Positions 39,303-47,945 of a stretch of 64,000 nt of DNA are shown piece after piece (the first letter of the stretch is position 1; each line of letters begins with the position of its first letter). The notes under the pieces were generated by a model. It saw nothing but the letters and a program-made list of their open reading frames with translations, was not told the origin of the DNA and ran no database searches. Origin of the DNA: Mesorhizobium sp. (GTDB lineage: Bacteria > Pseudomonadota > Alphaproteobacteria > Rhizobiales > Rhizobiaceae); contig JBARYG010000002.1 of assembly GCA_049647745.1 (NCBI GenBank), positions 13,383 to 77,382 on the forward strand. Direction: 5' to 3'. Both the position numbers and the translations under genes were made by a program.

Positions 39303-39656
39303 TCAGCGCGCCCGGCTCCACCAGTCGTTGTACTTGCTCAAAATCGACCAGGCATGGTCCCTGTCGCGCTTGTGGCCGATCTCATCAGGCAGCTCTTCAT
39401 ACCTGCCATCGACAATGACGCTCTTCCAATCCCGGTGTTCGCCGTGCTCTTCGACAAGCACCGACACGTGTGGATTCGTCCGCATGTATTCGATCTTCTT
39501 GCCCAGCATCGAAAACATGAAAAGGTAGTTCTCGGCATGAACGAAATAGGCAGGAACGATGTAAGGTTGATCGTTTTTGGCGCAAGCAATCCTGCATAAC
39601 CGGCTGCTATCCAGCAGTTCCGTGCACTCGAGCATTGTCATGGTCCTGACCAACAT
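39303..39656 (-). CDS. Pyridoxamine 5'-phosphate oxidase-fold (PNPOx-like) flavoprotein
   Basis: AAGGAG upstream of ATG 39656. MTMLECTELLDSSRLCRIAC..QPYIVPAYF...VLVEE resembles the Pyridox_ox_2/nitroimidazole-reductase-like family. Confidence 0.7.
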   Translation of the reverse strand: MLVRTMTMLECTELLDSSRLCRIACAKNDQPYIVPAYFVHAENYLFMFSMLGKKIEYMRTNPHVSVLVEEHGEHRDWKSVIVDGRYEELPDEIGHKRDRDHAWSILSKYNDWWSRAR

Positions 39657-39670
39657 AACCAACTCCTTTT

Positions 39671-40387
39671 CTACGGCTTCTTTTCCGGGCCTACCATACT
39701 TGGATTTTCCATAGCCGCGTTCTGGCGTTTGCTCGTCGCGGCGCCCCTGCCCGCCTGGCCGCGCTCCAACGCGGCGAGGACACCCTCGTCGTCGAGCTGT
39801 TCGAAATTGCGATAGTAGTAGCCAAGCGCCCGAAAATGCGGCGGCTGCGCCAGGCACACGACACGATCCGCCTCTTGGCTAAGTTCGGCCACGATGTCCG
39901 GCGGGGCGATCGGCAGTGCCACGACAATTGCCATCGGCGATCGCCTTTTGAGGGCGCGTACCGCCACCTTCATCGTGGTGCCGGTTGCCGCGCCGTCGTC
40001 AACGAGAACCACAGTTTTCCCGGCAATAGAGAGCGGCGACCGGCTGCCTCGGTAGAGGGCGCTGCGACGCTGCAGCTCCGGCCGCTCGTGTTTCACTAGC
40101 ATCGCCAGAGCCGCGTCGTCGAGATTGTAGGCTTCCACGATTTCGCGGTTGAGAACGACGTCGGGCGGATCACCATCGACAATCGCCGCGACGGCAAGTT
40201 CAGGGTTACCTGGAGCGCCCACTTTGCGGACGACCACCAAGTCGAGAGGCGCTTTCAACTTAGCAGCGATCTCGGCAGCGACAGGTATGCCGCCACGCGG
40301 TAACGCAAGGACGACAGGTGCATGAAGCGATAGCCCGGCGAGTTCGTTCGCGAGCATTCGTCCTGCTTCCTGTCGATCGCAAAACAT
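39671..40387 (-). CDS. Phosphoribosyltransferase-family protein
   Basis: FCDRQEAGRMLA..VLALPRGGIPVA...VVLVDDGAATGTTM is the PRTase motif. Confidence 0.85.
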   Translation of the reverse strand: MFCDRQEAGRMLANELAGLSLHAPVVLALPRGGIPVAAEIAAKLKAPLDLVVVRKVGAPGNPELAVAAIVDGDPPDVVLNREIVEAYNLDDAALAMLVKHERPELQRRSALYRGSRSPLSIAGKTVVLVDDGAATGTTMKVAVRALKRRSPMAIVVALPIAPPDIVAELSQEADRVVCLAQPPHFRALGYYYRNFEQLDDEGVLAALERGQAGRGAATSKRQNAAMENPSMVGPEKKP

Positions 40388-40390
40388 GGC

Positions 40391-40819
40391 TCAGTCCGCC
40401 GGCCAAAGCTGCCGGAGCGCCTTTCTCATGGAGTTGCGGACCTGTTCGGCCTCTCCTACGGAGATATGGCAGTCGATAAGATGAAAAACGGCCCCGATGG
40501 CACGATCAAAATCGATCTCGTCCTCAAAGCCGAACTCCCTTCTCACGGCAATGATGAAATCGCGCTTGCGACGATCGTGGCCAAGGCCGTTGAGGGGGCG
40601 CCAGCCTTCGAAGAAGATGCCGCGGATCAGGGCAGGCAATTGCGCCGCGAGATCGCTCATTTCTTCCGGCGGTAGCCAGTCCCTGAGCGCGTGCAAGACT
40701 GCTCTTAGCAGTCGATAGGCACGTGGGATATCCCACTTCAACTCATCAGCAACTTCATTGACCCAATGTTGCGCCTGTTGTGCTGCCTGCGAAAAAGTCG
40801 AGATTGTCGTTTTGGTCAC
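40391..40819 (-). CDS. DUF2267 protein
   Basis: 142 aa. F..AAQQAQHWVNEVADEL...AYRLLRAVLHALRDWLPPEEMSDLAAQLPALIRGIFFEGW. Confidence 0.75.
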   Translation of the reverse strand: MTKTTISTFSQAAQQAQHWVNEVADELKWDIPRAYRLLRAVLHALRDWLPPEEMSDLAAQLPALIRGIFFEGWRPLNGLGHDRRKRDFIIAVRREFGFEDEIDFDRAIGAVFHLIDCHISVGEAEQVRNSMRKALRQLWPAD

Positions 40820-40920
40820 GGCTGCGGCTCCTCCGTGGGCTCGCTTTGCCGCTTATCCGGTCGTTCCCACCGGGGTAGCGGCAGGTGAAGAAAGAAGGGC
40901 AACTTTACAGAGCCGCCGCG

Positions 40921-40934
40921 TTGACCCGGATCAA
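40921..40934. promoter_or_regulatory. Perfect FixK/FNR box TTGACCCGGATCAA
   Basis: 102 nt upstream of ATG 40819. Confidence 0.7.
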
Positions 40935-41004
40935 AGGCTCGGATTTTCTCATGTCGGCACATGATAGACACTTGTCCGTGGTTCAATTGACCCGCGACGC
41001 GCTG

Positions 41005-41271
41005 CTAGCTCACCCTATTTCCCGAGGCAGCATCCGTCCACGCCCGCCAATGCGTCGGTGATACATCAAGCCTTTCATGGGTCTTTGATGCGATCCATCC
41101 AGTCAGAATACGTTGACAGGGAAACACCAGCGCATTGGTACCATCCTGGTTCTGTACCGCCAGCTCGAGATCGCGGTTAAAGGGCGCGGTCGCTATTAAA
41201 TGCCATTTGCATTTCCCCGAAGGTTCCCGGGTGTCCGGTCCCAATCTCGCCTGCCGATGCAGAGTGCTCAT
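41005..41271 (-). CDS. Hypothetical 88-aa protein translationally coupled to fixK
   Basis: ATGA overlap with the fixK stop. KWHLIATAPFNRDLELAV..FPCQR..PTHWRAW. No family name recalled. Confidence 0.5.
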   Translation of the reverse strand: MSTLHRQARLGPDTREPSGKCKWHLIATAPFNRDLELAVQNQDGTNALVFPCQRILTGWIASKTHERLDVSPTHWRAWTDAASGNRVS

Positions 41272-41915
41272 GCAGCCAAGTCCTGGAGCGTCTGCAACTT
41301 AATGATTTCCACGCACCGTAAACTTGGCAAGCCAATGACTCCTTTGCTCTTGAGCCTGGAAAAGACCCGCGAGACGGTTTCGATCGTCAGGCCGAGATAG
41401 TCCGCAATATCCAAACGTGACATCGGAAGTTCGATCTGGCGCAGGCCGCCTTGACGCTCGGACATCTCAAGGAAGAAAGCCGCGACGCGTTCCACCGCAT
41501 TCTGGCGACCAAGCACCAGAAGCTGCTCCTGGGCCCGCACGAGGCTTTGAAGCGCCATGGGCAGGAGTTCGGCTACGACGTGGGAAGCCGAAGGGCTGAG
41601 GATGCGAATGCCGGTGCCGCAAATCGCCTCGGCGAAGAAGTGATGGCGCTTGTCTGCTTCGAAACCGAACATTTCGCCGGCCAGGTGAAATGCCGATATC
41701 TGACGCCGGCCGTCCGAGAGAAGACGGTAAATGCGAACGGCGCCGAACTCCACCTGGTAGAGGTTCGCGCACAGCTCGCCCTGGGCGTAAATTTCCGAGC
41801 CCGCCGGGAAGAATGTGGCAGGTCGGCCGCTTCCCAGCGGCACGCTGGGTTCGTTGCGATCGAGAAGGATACCGCCAAGCTGGCGGGAATAGTGGGATTG
41901 CTCAAAGTTCGTCAT
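41268..41915 (-). CDS. fixK: Crp/Fnr-family regulator FixK
   Basis: GAGGGA upstream of ATG 41915. YQVEFGAVRIYRLLSDGRRQISAFHLAGEMFGFEA...LPMSRLDIADYLGLTIETVSRVFSRLK is near-identical in pattern to rhizobial FixK. No N-terminal Cys cluster, so FixK-like rather than FNR-like. Confidence 0.9.
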   Translation of the reverse strand: MTNFEQSHYSRQLGGILLDRNEPSVPLGSGRPATFFPAGSEIYAQGELCANLYQVEFGAVRIYRLLSDGRRQISAFHLAGEMFGFEADKRHHFFAEAICGTGIRILSPSASHVVAELLPMALQSLVRAQEQLLVLGRQNAVERVAAFFLEMSERQGGLRQIELPMSRLDIADYLGLTIETVSRVFSRLKSKGVIGLPSLRCVEIIKLQTLQDLAA

Positions 41916-42327
41916 GAATCGTCCCTCGATACCGATGGCGAGACAATCCACTCAATTCCGATGGATCGAAATTCGGTTATACCCGTACGGGTTTCTACGT
42001 ACCGGGGTCAGGGCTTGCCAGTGATCGCGTCTTAAACAGCCTGCAGGAGCGGTTCACCGGGGAACGATTTCGCCAGACATCTCGCGTGCGGCACATCCTG
42101 TGGTAGGCGGTATTGGTCGATCAGCAGAATAACGGGATGGGCACGTCCATTACGGTCGAAACGGCCGGCAGGCAGTTCTTGCGGCCATCGCCATCAACGC
42201 ACTTCCAAGAGTGATCCTGGCCATGGCGAACCTCTTCGGTTCGCTTCTGGGCACCATTGCTTCTGGCGACAGCTGGAACTGGCACACTCGGGGGTGCTGT
42301 CTTTGTCTTCTCACCATGGGTCATGCC

Positions 42328-42341
42328 TCGATACCGATCAA
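42328..42341. promoter_or_regulatory. FixK/FNR-type box, one mismatch (TCGATACCGATCAA)
   Basis: 62 nt upstream of ATG 42403. Confidence 0.5.
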
Positions 42342-42402
42342 GGACGGCCCTTCGCCGCCTTGGCATGAGAGATACAAAAGGGAGCATCTCACGAGCGGCA
42401 CA

Positions 42403-42777
42403 ATGAAATTGCCTGCAAATGTCCGCCACGTGCGCCTGCTGCTTGCACGCGAGAAGGCTCACTCAGAAGGTACGCGTGACGAAGGCTACGACCTTCTCTT
42501 GCCGCTCGACAACGAGGGGCGTCTCGATCCCCACGAATGAGAGGCGCATCAGGCTTCCTACCGGATCAGACGGTTCGACGAGCATGGAGATGTCAAGATC
42601 GGTCCCTTGCAGCGCAAGCCTGGTGAACAATGGTACTTCGACTATGAAGAAGGTGAAAGCGACGACGAGATCGGTTTCCGCCTCAATGACGAGTGCTTCG
42701 TGACCGGCGAGTATGTGTCGATCGGCACGCGCGCGTCCATGCACACATATCAGGTGGCCCGCGTCGAGAAACCCTGA
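42403..42777 (+). pseudogene. Conserved-hypothetical gene interrupted by an in-frame TGA at 42538-42540
   Basis: The 45-codon ORF ..HVRLLLAREKAHSEGTRDEGYDLLLPLDNEGRLDPHE* runs straight into a 78-codon start-less open frame: EAHQASYRIRRFDEHGDVKIGPLQRKPGEQWYFDYEEGESDDEIGFRLNDECFVTGEYVSIG..VARVEKP*. Confidence 0.65.
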
Positions 42778-43142
42778 CCGGCGATGGGACGCATCGCACA
42801 CCTCGCGCTGATCGTTATTGCTTTGGCTGACCTTGCCTGCGGCCTGGGCGCCTGGCTGTGGGCGACCCCATCCCTTGCATTTTGTCTCTGGACCGCCGGT
42901 ACTGTGCCGGTCGTAGCCGGCCTCGGCATCTCGATCGTTCGCGATCTGCTCGCAGGCCGAATGGGCGTCGATGCCGTGGCCTTCATCTCCGTGTCGCCGG
43001 CGCTTGCCTTTGCATCACGCGCCGGCCTCGGCAGCCCTTCCATAAGGCCAGGTCCAGTCGCAGATCTCGGGCATTCCCGATAGTTGTGACCCTGGAGAAC
43101 GACGTACCGCTTCAAAATCTGCACGGCCGGAGCCGGATTGAA

Positions 43143-43156
43143 TTGACGCCGATCAA
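43143..43156. promoter_or_regulatory. Perfect FixK/FNR box TTGACGCCGATCAA
   Basis: 153 nt upstream of ATG 43309. Confidence 0.6.
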
Positions 43157-43308
43157 AGCAATCACCGCGCGTGTCATCGAACTTGGGCGGATGAAGTGCT
43201 GGCGATATTCAATACCGACATTGACTGCGCTTGCCTGACAGCAGTCGCACCGGTCCAAACATAAGAGAGCGGACGGCGCTTCTTTCCGTTCGCGCCAGGA
43301 AGGAGACC

Positions 43309-44892
43309 ATGCCCCCAATCCTACGGTTTCACGGCGCTGCCCACGGGGTCACCGGGTCCTGCTACGAAATCGAGACCGGCGCCTGTCGGGTCCTTGTCGA
43401 CTGCGGCCTTTTCCAGGGCCCGAAATCTGAGAAAGAGCTGAACTACGGCGACTTCCCATTCGATCCAAAGACGGTCGATGCCGTTATCCTTACGCACGCC
43501 CATATCGATCACAGCGGCCTTCTTCCCAAACTCATGAGGCTGGGCTTCGCAGGTTCGATCTTTGCAACGCTTCCCACAATAGATCTGTGCTCGGTCATGC
43601 TGCCGGATTCTGCGCACATCCAGGAGATGGAGGTCGAGAATCTCAACCGCCGAAACGCGCAGCGGGGCCGGCCACAAGTGTCTCCGATCTATGCGGTCGC
43701 GGACGTCGCCGCCTGCATGAGGCAGTTCCGACCCGTGCAATACGACGCTTGGACGACTGTCGGGGCGGGCGTGCGCGCCCGCTACTGGAACGCTGGTCAT
43801 CTGTTGGGATCAGCTTCGGTGGAGATCGAGATCGGTGAAACGAGCGCGCCGCTGCGTCTTCTATTTTCTGGCGACATCGGGCCGGGGCAAAAACTCCTGC
43901 AGGCCGATCCGGAGGGACCAAAAGGCGTTGATTACCTGATTTGCGAATCCACGTATGGGGACCGCGATCGGCCGGAACTTTCGCGCGACCAGCGCCGTGC
44001 GACGTTGGGCGAGGAAGTCAGGCGTGCGGCAGCCTTACAAGGCCCTCTCATAATCCCGTCTTTCGCTGTCGAGCGCACCCAGGAATTGCTGGTCGACCTG
44101 TTCTTGCTCGCTCGCAACGGCTTGATCCCATCGGCACCGATATTTGTCGATTCTCCGCTCGCGACTCGCGCCAGCACGATCTTTGAGCGCCATGCCGGCG
44201 AGATAGAAAGCGGCGACCAGTTGCTCGAGGCACTCAGGTCAGGCGAGGTCCGGTTTACCGAGACGGTCGAACAGAGCAAAGCGATCAACCGGCTGTCTGG
44301 CTTCTTCATCGTCATCGCAGCCAGTGGCATGTGCGATGCAGGGCGAATTCGCCATCATCTCAAGGCCAATCTTTGGCGAGCCAACGCTACCGTCATGATG
44401 GCCGGTTACCAGGCGCAAGGGTCGCTCGGACGTATCCTCATCGACGGGGCCTCGCGCGTGCGTATCCAGGGCGAAGAGATCAACGTCAAGGCGCGCATCG
44501 TTCTGTTCGACCTGTACACGGGCCATGCTGACGCGACCGAGCTCGTTTCGTGGGTGGGAAGCCGTTCACCGGTGCACCGCACTATTTTCCTAACCCACGG
44601 GGAGGAAACGGGGCTTGCCGGCCTGCGCGACCGCCTGTCAGCCACTTTTGCATCCGACCGCATCGTCCTCCCGCAGATAGACGACGCGTATGAGCTCGGA
44701 TCTTCGAGCACGCGACAGGTCGATCTCAACAGACCTCGACGACTGAAGCCGGAAAAGGTCGCGCGGCTCGACTGGCATAATGACCTGTCGAAGCTGCTCA
44801 TCGAAGTCGCCGATCAGGTCAACACGGCCGCCGACGAACGGAGCCGAGCGGCGATCATCCGGCGCCTGCGACGGGCACTCGTCGAGGTCTGA
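43309..44892 (+). CDS. MBL-fold beta-CASP hydrolase (RNA-metabolising RNase J/CPSF-like family)
   Basis: AGGAAGGAG upstream. 527 aa. HGAAHGVTGSC..VDCGLFQG..ILTHAHIDHSG, then a beta-CASP region and the C-terminal motif LTHGE. Confidence 0.85.
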   Translation: MPPILRFHGAAHGVTGSCYEIETGACRVLVDCGLFQGPKSEKELNYGDFPFDPKTVDAVILTHAHIDHSGLLPKLMRLGFAGSIFATLPTIDLCSVMLPDSAHIQEMEVENLNRRNAQRGRPQVSPIYAVADVAACMRQFRPVQYDAWTTVGAGVRARYWNAGHLLGSASVEIEIGETSAPLRLLFSGDIGPGQKLLQADPEGPKGVDYLICESTYGDRDRPELSRDQRRATLGEEVRRAAALQGPLIIPSFAVERTQELLVDLFLLARNGLIPSAPIFVDSPLATRASTIFERHAGEIESGDQLLEALRSGEVRFTETVEQSKAINRLSGFFIVIAASGMCDAGRIRHHLKANLWRANATVMMAGYQAQGSLGRILIDGASRVRIQGEEINVKARIVLFDLYTGHADATELVSWVGSRSPVHRTIFLTHGEETGLAGLRDRLSATFASDRIVLPQIDDAYELGSSSTRQVDLNRPRRLKPEKVARLDWHNDLSKLLIEVADQVNTAADERSRAAIIRRLRRALVEV

Positions 44893-45751
44893 TCGACGGA
44901 CAGCTAACTGGCTTCATAAGAAGCAACTGCGGTTGTCCCACCACGCCAGCATCTGTCCCGTCGCCGGATCGACGAATCCCCCTCCCGACGCGGCCCTGAG
45001 GCCATAACCGTCGGCCGGATCGGGCAGGTCGGGAAAGGTGAGTTCGCGAAGCTGCCCAAGTTCGATGCCCTGCAACGCTGCGAGCCGGTCTGCCGGCAGT
45101 GCCGGCCCGCCGTTCGCCGCCAGCTTCCCCAGACCGGCATACAGCCGTTGTGCGCCGGTGCCGCGGGCGCGACCGGGCATGCGCCGCGAGCCGCCCTCGC
45201 GCCGGGCGGTCCTTTGCAGGCCCGACAGGGTCAGCACCAAAAAGGCAAGCGCACCGATTGCCGCCGTCGCACGCCCACCGTCGCCAAGAAAGAGGGACCG
45301 GTGGGATTCTTCGCCCAGCGCTCGGTTGCGGAAGGTTCGGCCTCGCCGATGGCCCTGCCGGAGGCGGGATCGAACACTCCGAAGACGGCGCGGCCGTTGC
45401 TGGCAGCTCTTCTGCTGCCGCAGTCGATCCTTGTCGTTGGCGTATCTGCCGCCTCCCTCCTTCTCCGGGCCCTTCTAGGCGCGATAGGCGCGCGGGCCGG
45501 CGGGGCAACAGTAGGCAAGGCAATGCTGCGCGTGACCTTCTGAGGTGCGATAGCAATGGCGCTGACTGCCGGAATCGCGGCCATCTTCGGAACAGCGATC
45601 TGACAGCCCACAATTTTAGCAAGAATATCTGCCGACACACCCGAATGGCTCGCCATCACGTGCCGGGCGGCGGGCATATCCTGTTCTCAACCGCCGCCGT
45701 TTGACGCAAAAGGATCAACACGGCTTCGTAGCAGCAGAGCACACGTGACAA

Positions 45752-45765
45752 TTGATTCAGATCAA
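45752..45765. promoter_or_regulatory. Perfect FixK/FNR box TTGATTCAGATCAA
   Basis: Full TTGAT-N4-ATCAA, 54 nt upstream of ATG 45819. Confidence 0.75.
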
Positions 45766-45818
45766 GGCGCTGCGGCGGCCGCAGCCCCAGTCTTTGGCCG
45801 TCGGCCGCACGATCGGAT

Positions 45819-46226
45819 ATGGCGATGAAAAAGGTCATGTCAGCGTTGTTCATCGGTTTCAATGTTGCCAGCGCGGTTGCCGGCGAGCGGATGAGTTATG
45901 GCGAAGCCGAATATCTGAATTCGTGTGCGGTCTGCCACGGAGTCGAGGGTAAGGGCGACGGACCGCTGAGCGACTTGCTCGTCAAGCGTCCTGCCGATCT
46001 CACAAGCATCAGCAAGCGCAATGGAGGCAGGTTCCCATATGCCCGCGTCATCGCCGTGATCGATGGGCGATATGACGTGCCGGGGCACGGCAATCGCGAC
46101 ATGCCTGTCTGGGGACACCAATTCCTTGAGGATGACCAGCGTCTGTATGGTCCAGCGGGCGGGGAAATCGTCACGACCGAGCGCATTAACGAGCTTGCGG
46201 GTTACGTCCAGTCATTGCAACGTTAG
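45819..46226 (+). CDS. Monoheme c-type cytochrome, copy 2
   Basis: 135 aa. Signal peptide, heme motif CAVCH, DMPVWG. Paralogue of 38717-39124. Confidence 0.85.
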   Translation: MAMKKVMSALFIGFNVASAVAGERMSYGEAEYLNSCAVCHGVEGKGDGPLSDLLVKRPADLTSISKRNGGRFPYARVIAVIDGRYDVPGHGNRDMPVWGHQFLEDDQRLYGPAGGEIVTTERINELAGYVQSLQR

Positions 46227-46488
46227 GCGGAACTTTCATCGAAGTCCGATGTCCCCCTGCACCGACTAGGCAACAAATCCTAGAGGCCGATGCATTTCGG
46301 GCGGCTTAATCGGACGAGCCGGTGGCGCGAGAGCTATCCGCTTTATGTGGTGAAGAATTTGAATCCGACCCGTAGTGGCCGCCGGATTGGTTCCGCAAGC
46401 CGGATGCAACCAAGGTGACGTGAAATCGAGAATGGTTGGTCTGCCGCAGAATATTGGGAAAAGGTAGCTTCCACCGCCAGCAGCAACT

Positions 46489-46824
46489 CTAGCGGCCCGA
46501 GCAGGGATAGGCAGCCATTAGCGCAGACGTCGCTACTGATGCGATGTTCTCCTTGCCGGCGGAGGCATTCGCCTGAATGTAGCCATCGAGGAATTCACGA
46601 AATTCCTCCTCCGATGTAAAAAATCCCTGCGTACAGAAGACCGGATGGCCTGTCTGGGCAAGAGCGTTAGTGATCTCGATTCCGTCCATGAGACCTTCCA
46701 GATAGTTGGTCTCCTCATTGGTTGCCTTATTTTTTCGAAATTCGGAAACGGTGAGGTCGGCCCGCGCTGGACCAATCCAGCACCATAACAGGCCAGCCGT
46801 CAAAACAAGGATTTCCATTTTCAT
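46489..46824 (-). CDS. Small secreted protein, possibly Rap1a/Tai4-like
   Basis: GGAGGG upstream of ATG 46824. Signal peptide MKMEILVLTAGLLWCWIGPARA. The pattern YLEGLMDG...FC..G.T..EF..FLDGYI......A..A..ALM.AYPC is recalled from T6SS amidase-immunity proteins. Visibly lower GC than its flanks. Confidence 0.5.
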   Translation of the reverse strand: MKMEILVLTAGLLWCWIGPARADLTVSEFRKNKATNEETNYLEGLMDGIEITNALAQTGHPVFCTQGFFTSEEEFREFLDGYIQANASAGKENIASVATSALMAAYPCSGR

Positions 46825-46994
46825 TTTTCCCTCCGAGCAATTCGGCAGGAGTTGCAATCATCTTGTCAGGCTCGCGTCGACGCCTTGAGTCGGATTTTGA
46901 GGCACGGCTCCTGCGCTCGCGTCGGTCAGGTATTACCAATCAACGGTACACGATGGGATCATCGACCGGCCTTGATCCAGCGCAAGGCAGCCCG

Positions 46995-47008
46995 CTTCAG
47001 ACAAGTCA
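46995..47008. promoter_or_regulatory. FixK/FNR-type box, one mismatch (TTCAGACAAGTCAA)
   Basis: 85 nt upstream of ATG 47093. Confidence 0.35.
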
Positions 47009-47092
47009 AAATGAAACGGCTTTCTCGACAGGCGGACCGAGCAGGTGTCGCGCTTGAACAGGCACGGTCCTGTCTTGCCAGAGGAACGAAAG

Positions 47093-47780
47093 ATGCGCGT
47101 CAAGGATCTGATGAAATCGAATGTCGTACCGTGAAGCCGGACAATACGTGAAACACGCTGCGCAGATAATGCTGGCCAAGGGGATAAGCGGCCTTCCGGT
47201 CGTCGACGATCGCGATGTGCCGAGAGGCATCATCACTGAAGGCGATTTCCTCCGCAGGAGCGAAATCTGCGCCGAGAGCCGCTACAGCGGAAAAAGGAAG
47301 CGTTGCGGAACGGGCGACAGCCTTTGTCAGGAACCATAGCTGGAAAGTCGCCGATGTCATGACCCAGGGCATCATCGCGGTCGAAGAGGAGGCTTCGGTC
47401 GGTCGAGTGGCCGCGCTCATGGACGATCATCATGTCAAGCGCATACCGGTAACACGCGAGGGCCGTCTCATTGGTATCGTCAGCCGCGTCGATCTGCTTC
47501 GATTGATCGCGACTGCCGAACCGGACGATTGCGCCCCCGGCGACACCGCCATCAGACGCAGCATCCTGGGGGCAAAGCCGCGTTCAACGACCTGGTCAAG
47601 CTCTCCATTATCGTCTCTGACGGAGTGGTGCATCTATGGGGCAACGTCGGCTCAACGAACGAGCGAGAGGTGGCGTGCGTCATTTCGGAAGGCGTAGGCG
47701 GAGTTGCTGGCGTTGTCGACCACCCGCCTTTCCTCCGTCAAAGACGCGGCAATGAATGTCATCGCTCTGCCGAGCGATGA
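47093..47780 (+). pseudogene. CBS-pair + BON domain gene, multiply frameshifted
   Basis: MRVKDLMKSNVV / TVKPDNT / VKHAAQIMLAKGISGLPVVDD..GIITEGDFLRR / ..VADVMTQGIIAVEEEASVGRVAALMDDHHVKRIPV..LIGIVSRVDLL / ..LSIIVSDGVVHLWGNVGSTNEREVA are spread over three frames. Confidence 0.7.
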
Positions 47781-47860
47781 CACTGTCCGCATGATTTGCG
47801 CGCAAATGCCTGTCGGTGGGTGCGGTTGACCGTTGGGGGGCTCTCGGCGTCGTAACGGCT

Positions 47861-47874
47861 TTGACCCCGGTCAA
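47861..47874. promoter_or_regulatory. Perfect FixK/FNR box TTGACCCCGGTCAA
   Basis: 72 nt upstream of ATG 47946. Confidence 0.65.
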
Positions 47875-47945
47875 TGCCAATTTTCGCGCGGGGTGCCATT
47901 CTCGCAGCCATTGGTAGCAAAACTGTCTTGTCACAAGGCTTACTG

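Noticed and set aside
42121-42462. 113-aa minus-strand ORF between fixK and the TGA-interrupted gene
   Set aside because: No ribosome-binding site or family similarity. Its only internal ATG (42324) lies 4 nt from the FixK-type dyad, which is better placed for the plus-strand gene. Probably non-coding.
42538-42540. Selenocysteine recoding of the in-frame TGA
   Set aside because: I could not see a convincing SECIS-type hairpin in the 40 nt downstream, and no sel genes are in the window. A TGG to TGA transition is the more economical explanation. It is kept as a test under the corresponding finding.
47794-47807. Perfect 14-bp palindrome ATTTGCGCGCAAAT
   Set aside because: It resembles two NnrR-type half-sites (TTGCG/CGCAA) but has no N4 spacer. 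It lies in the untranslatable 3' tail of the decayed CBS-BON gene, and the nearby perfect FixK box (47861) is the better promoter candidate.
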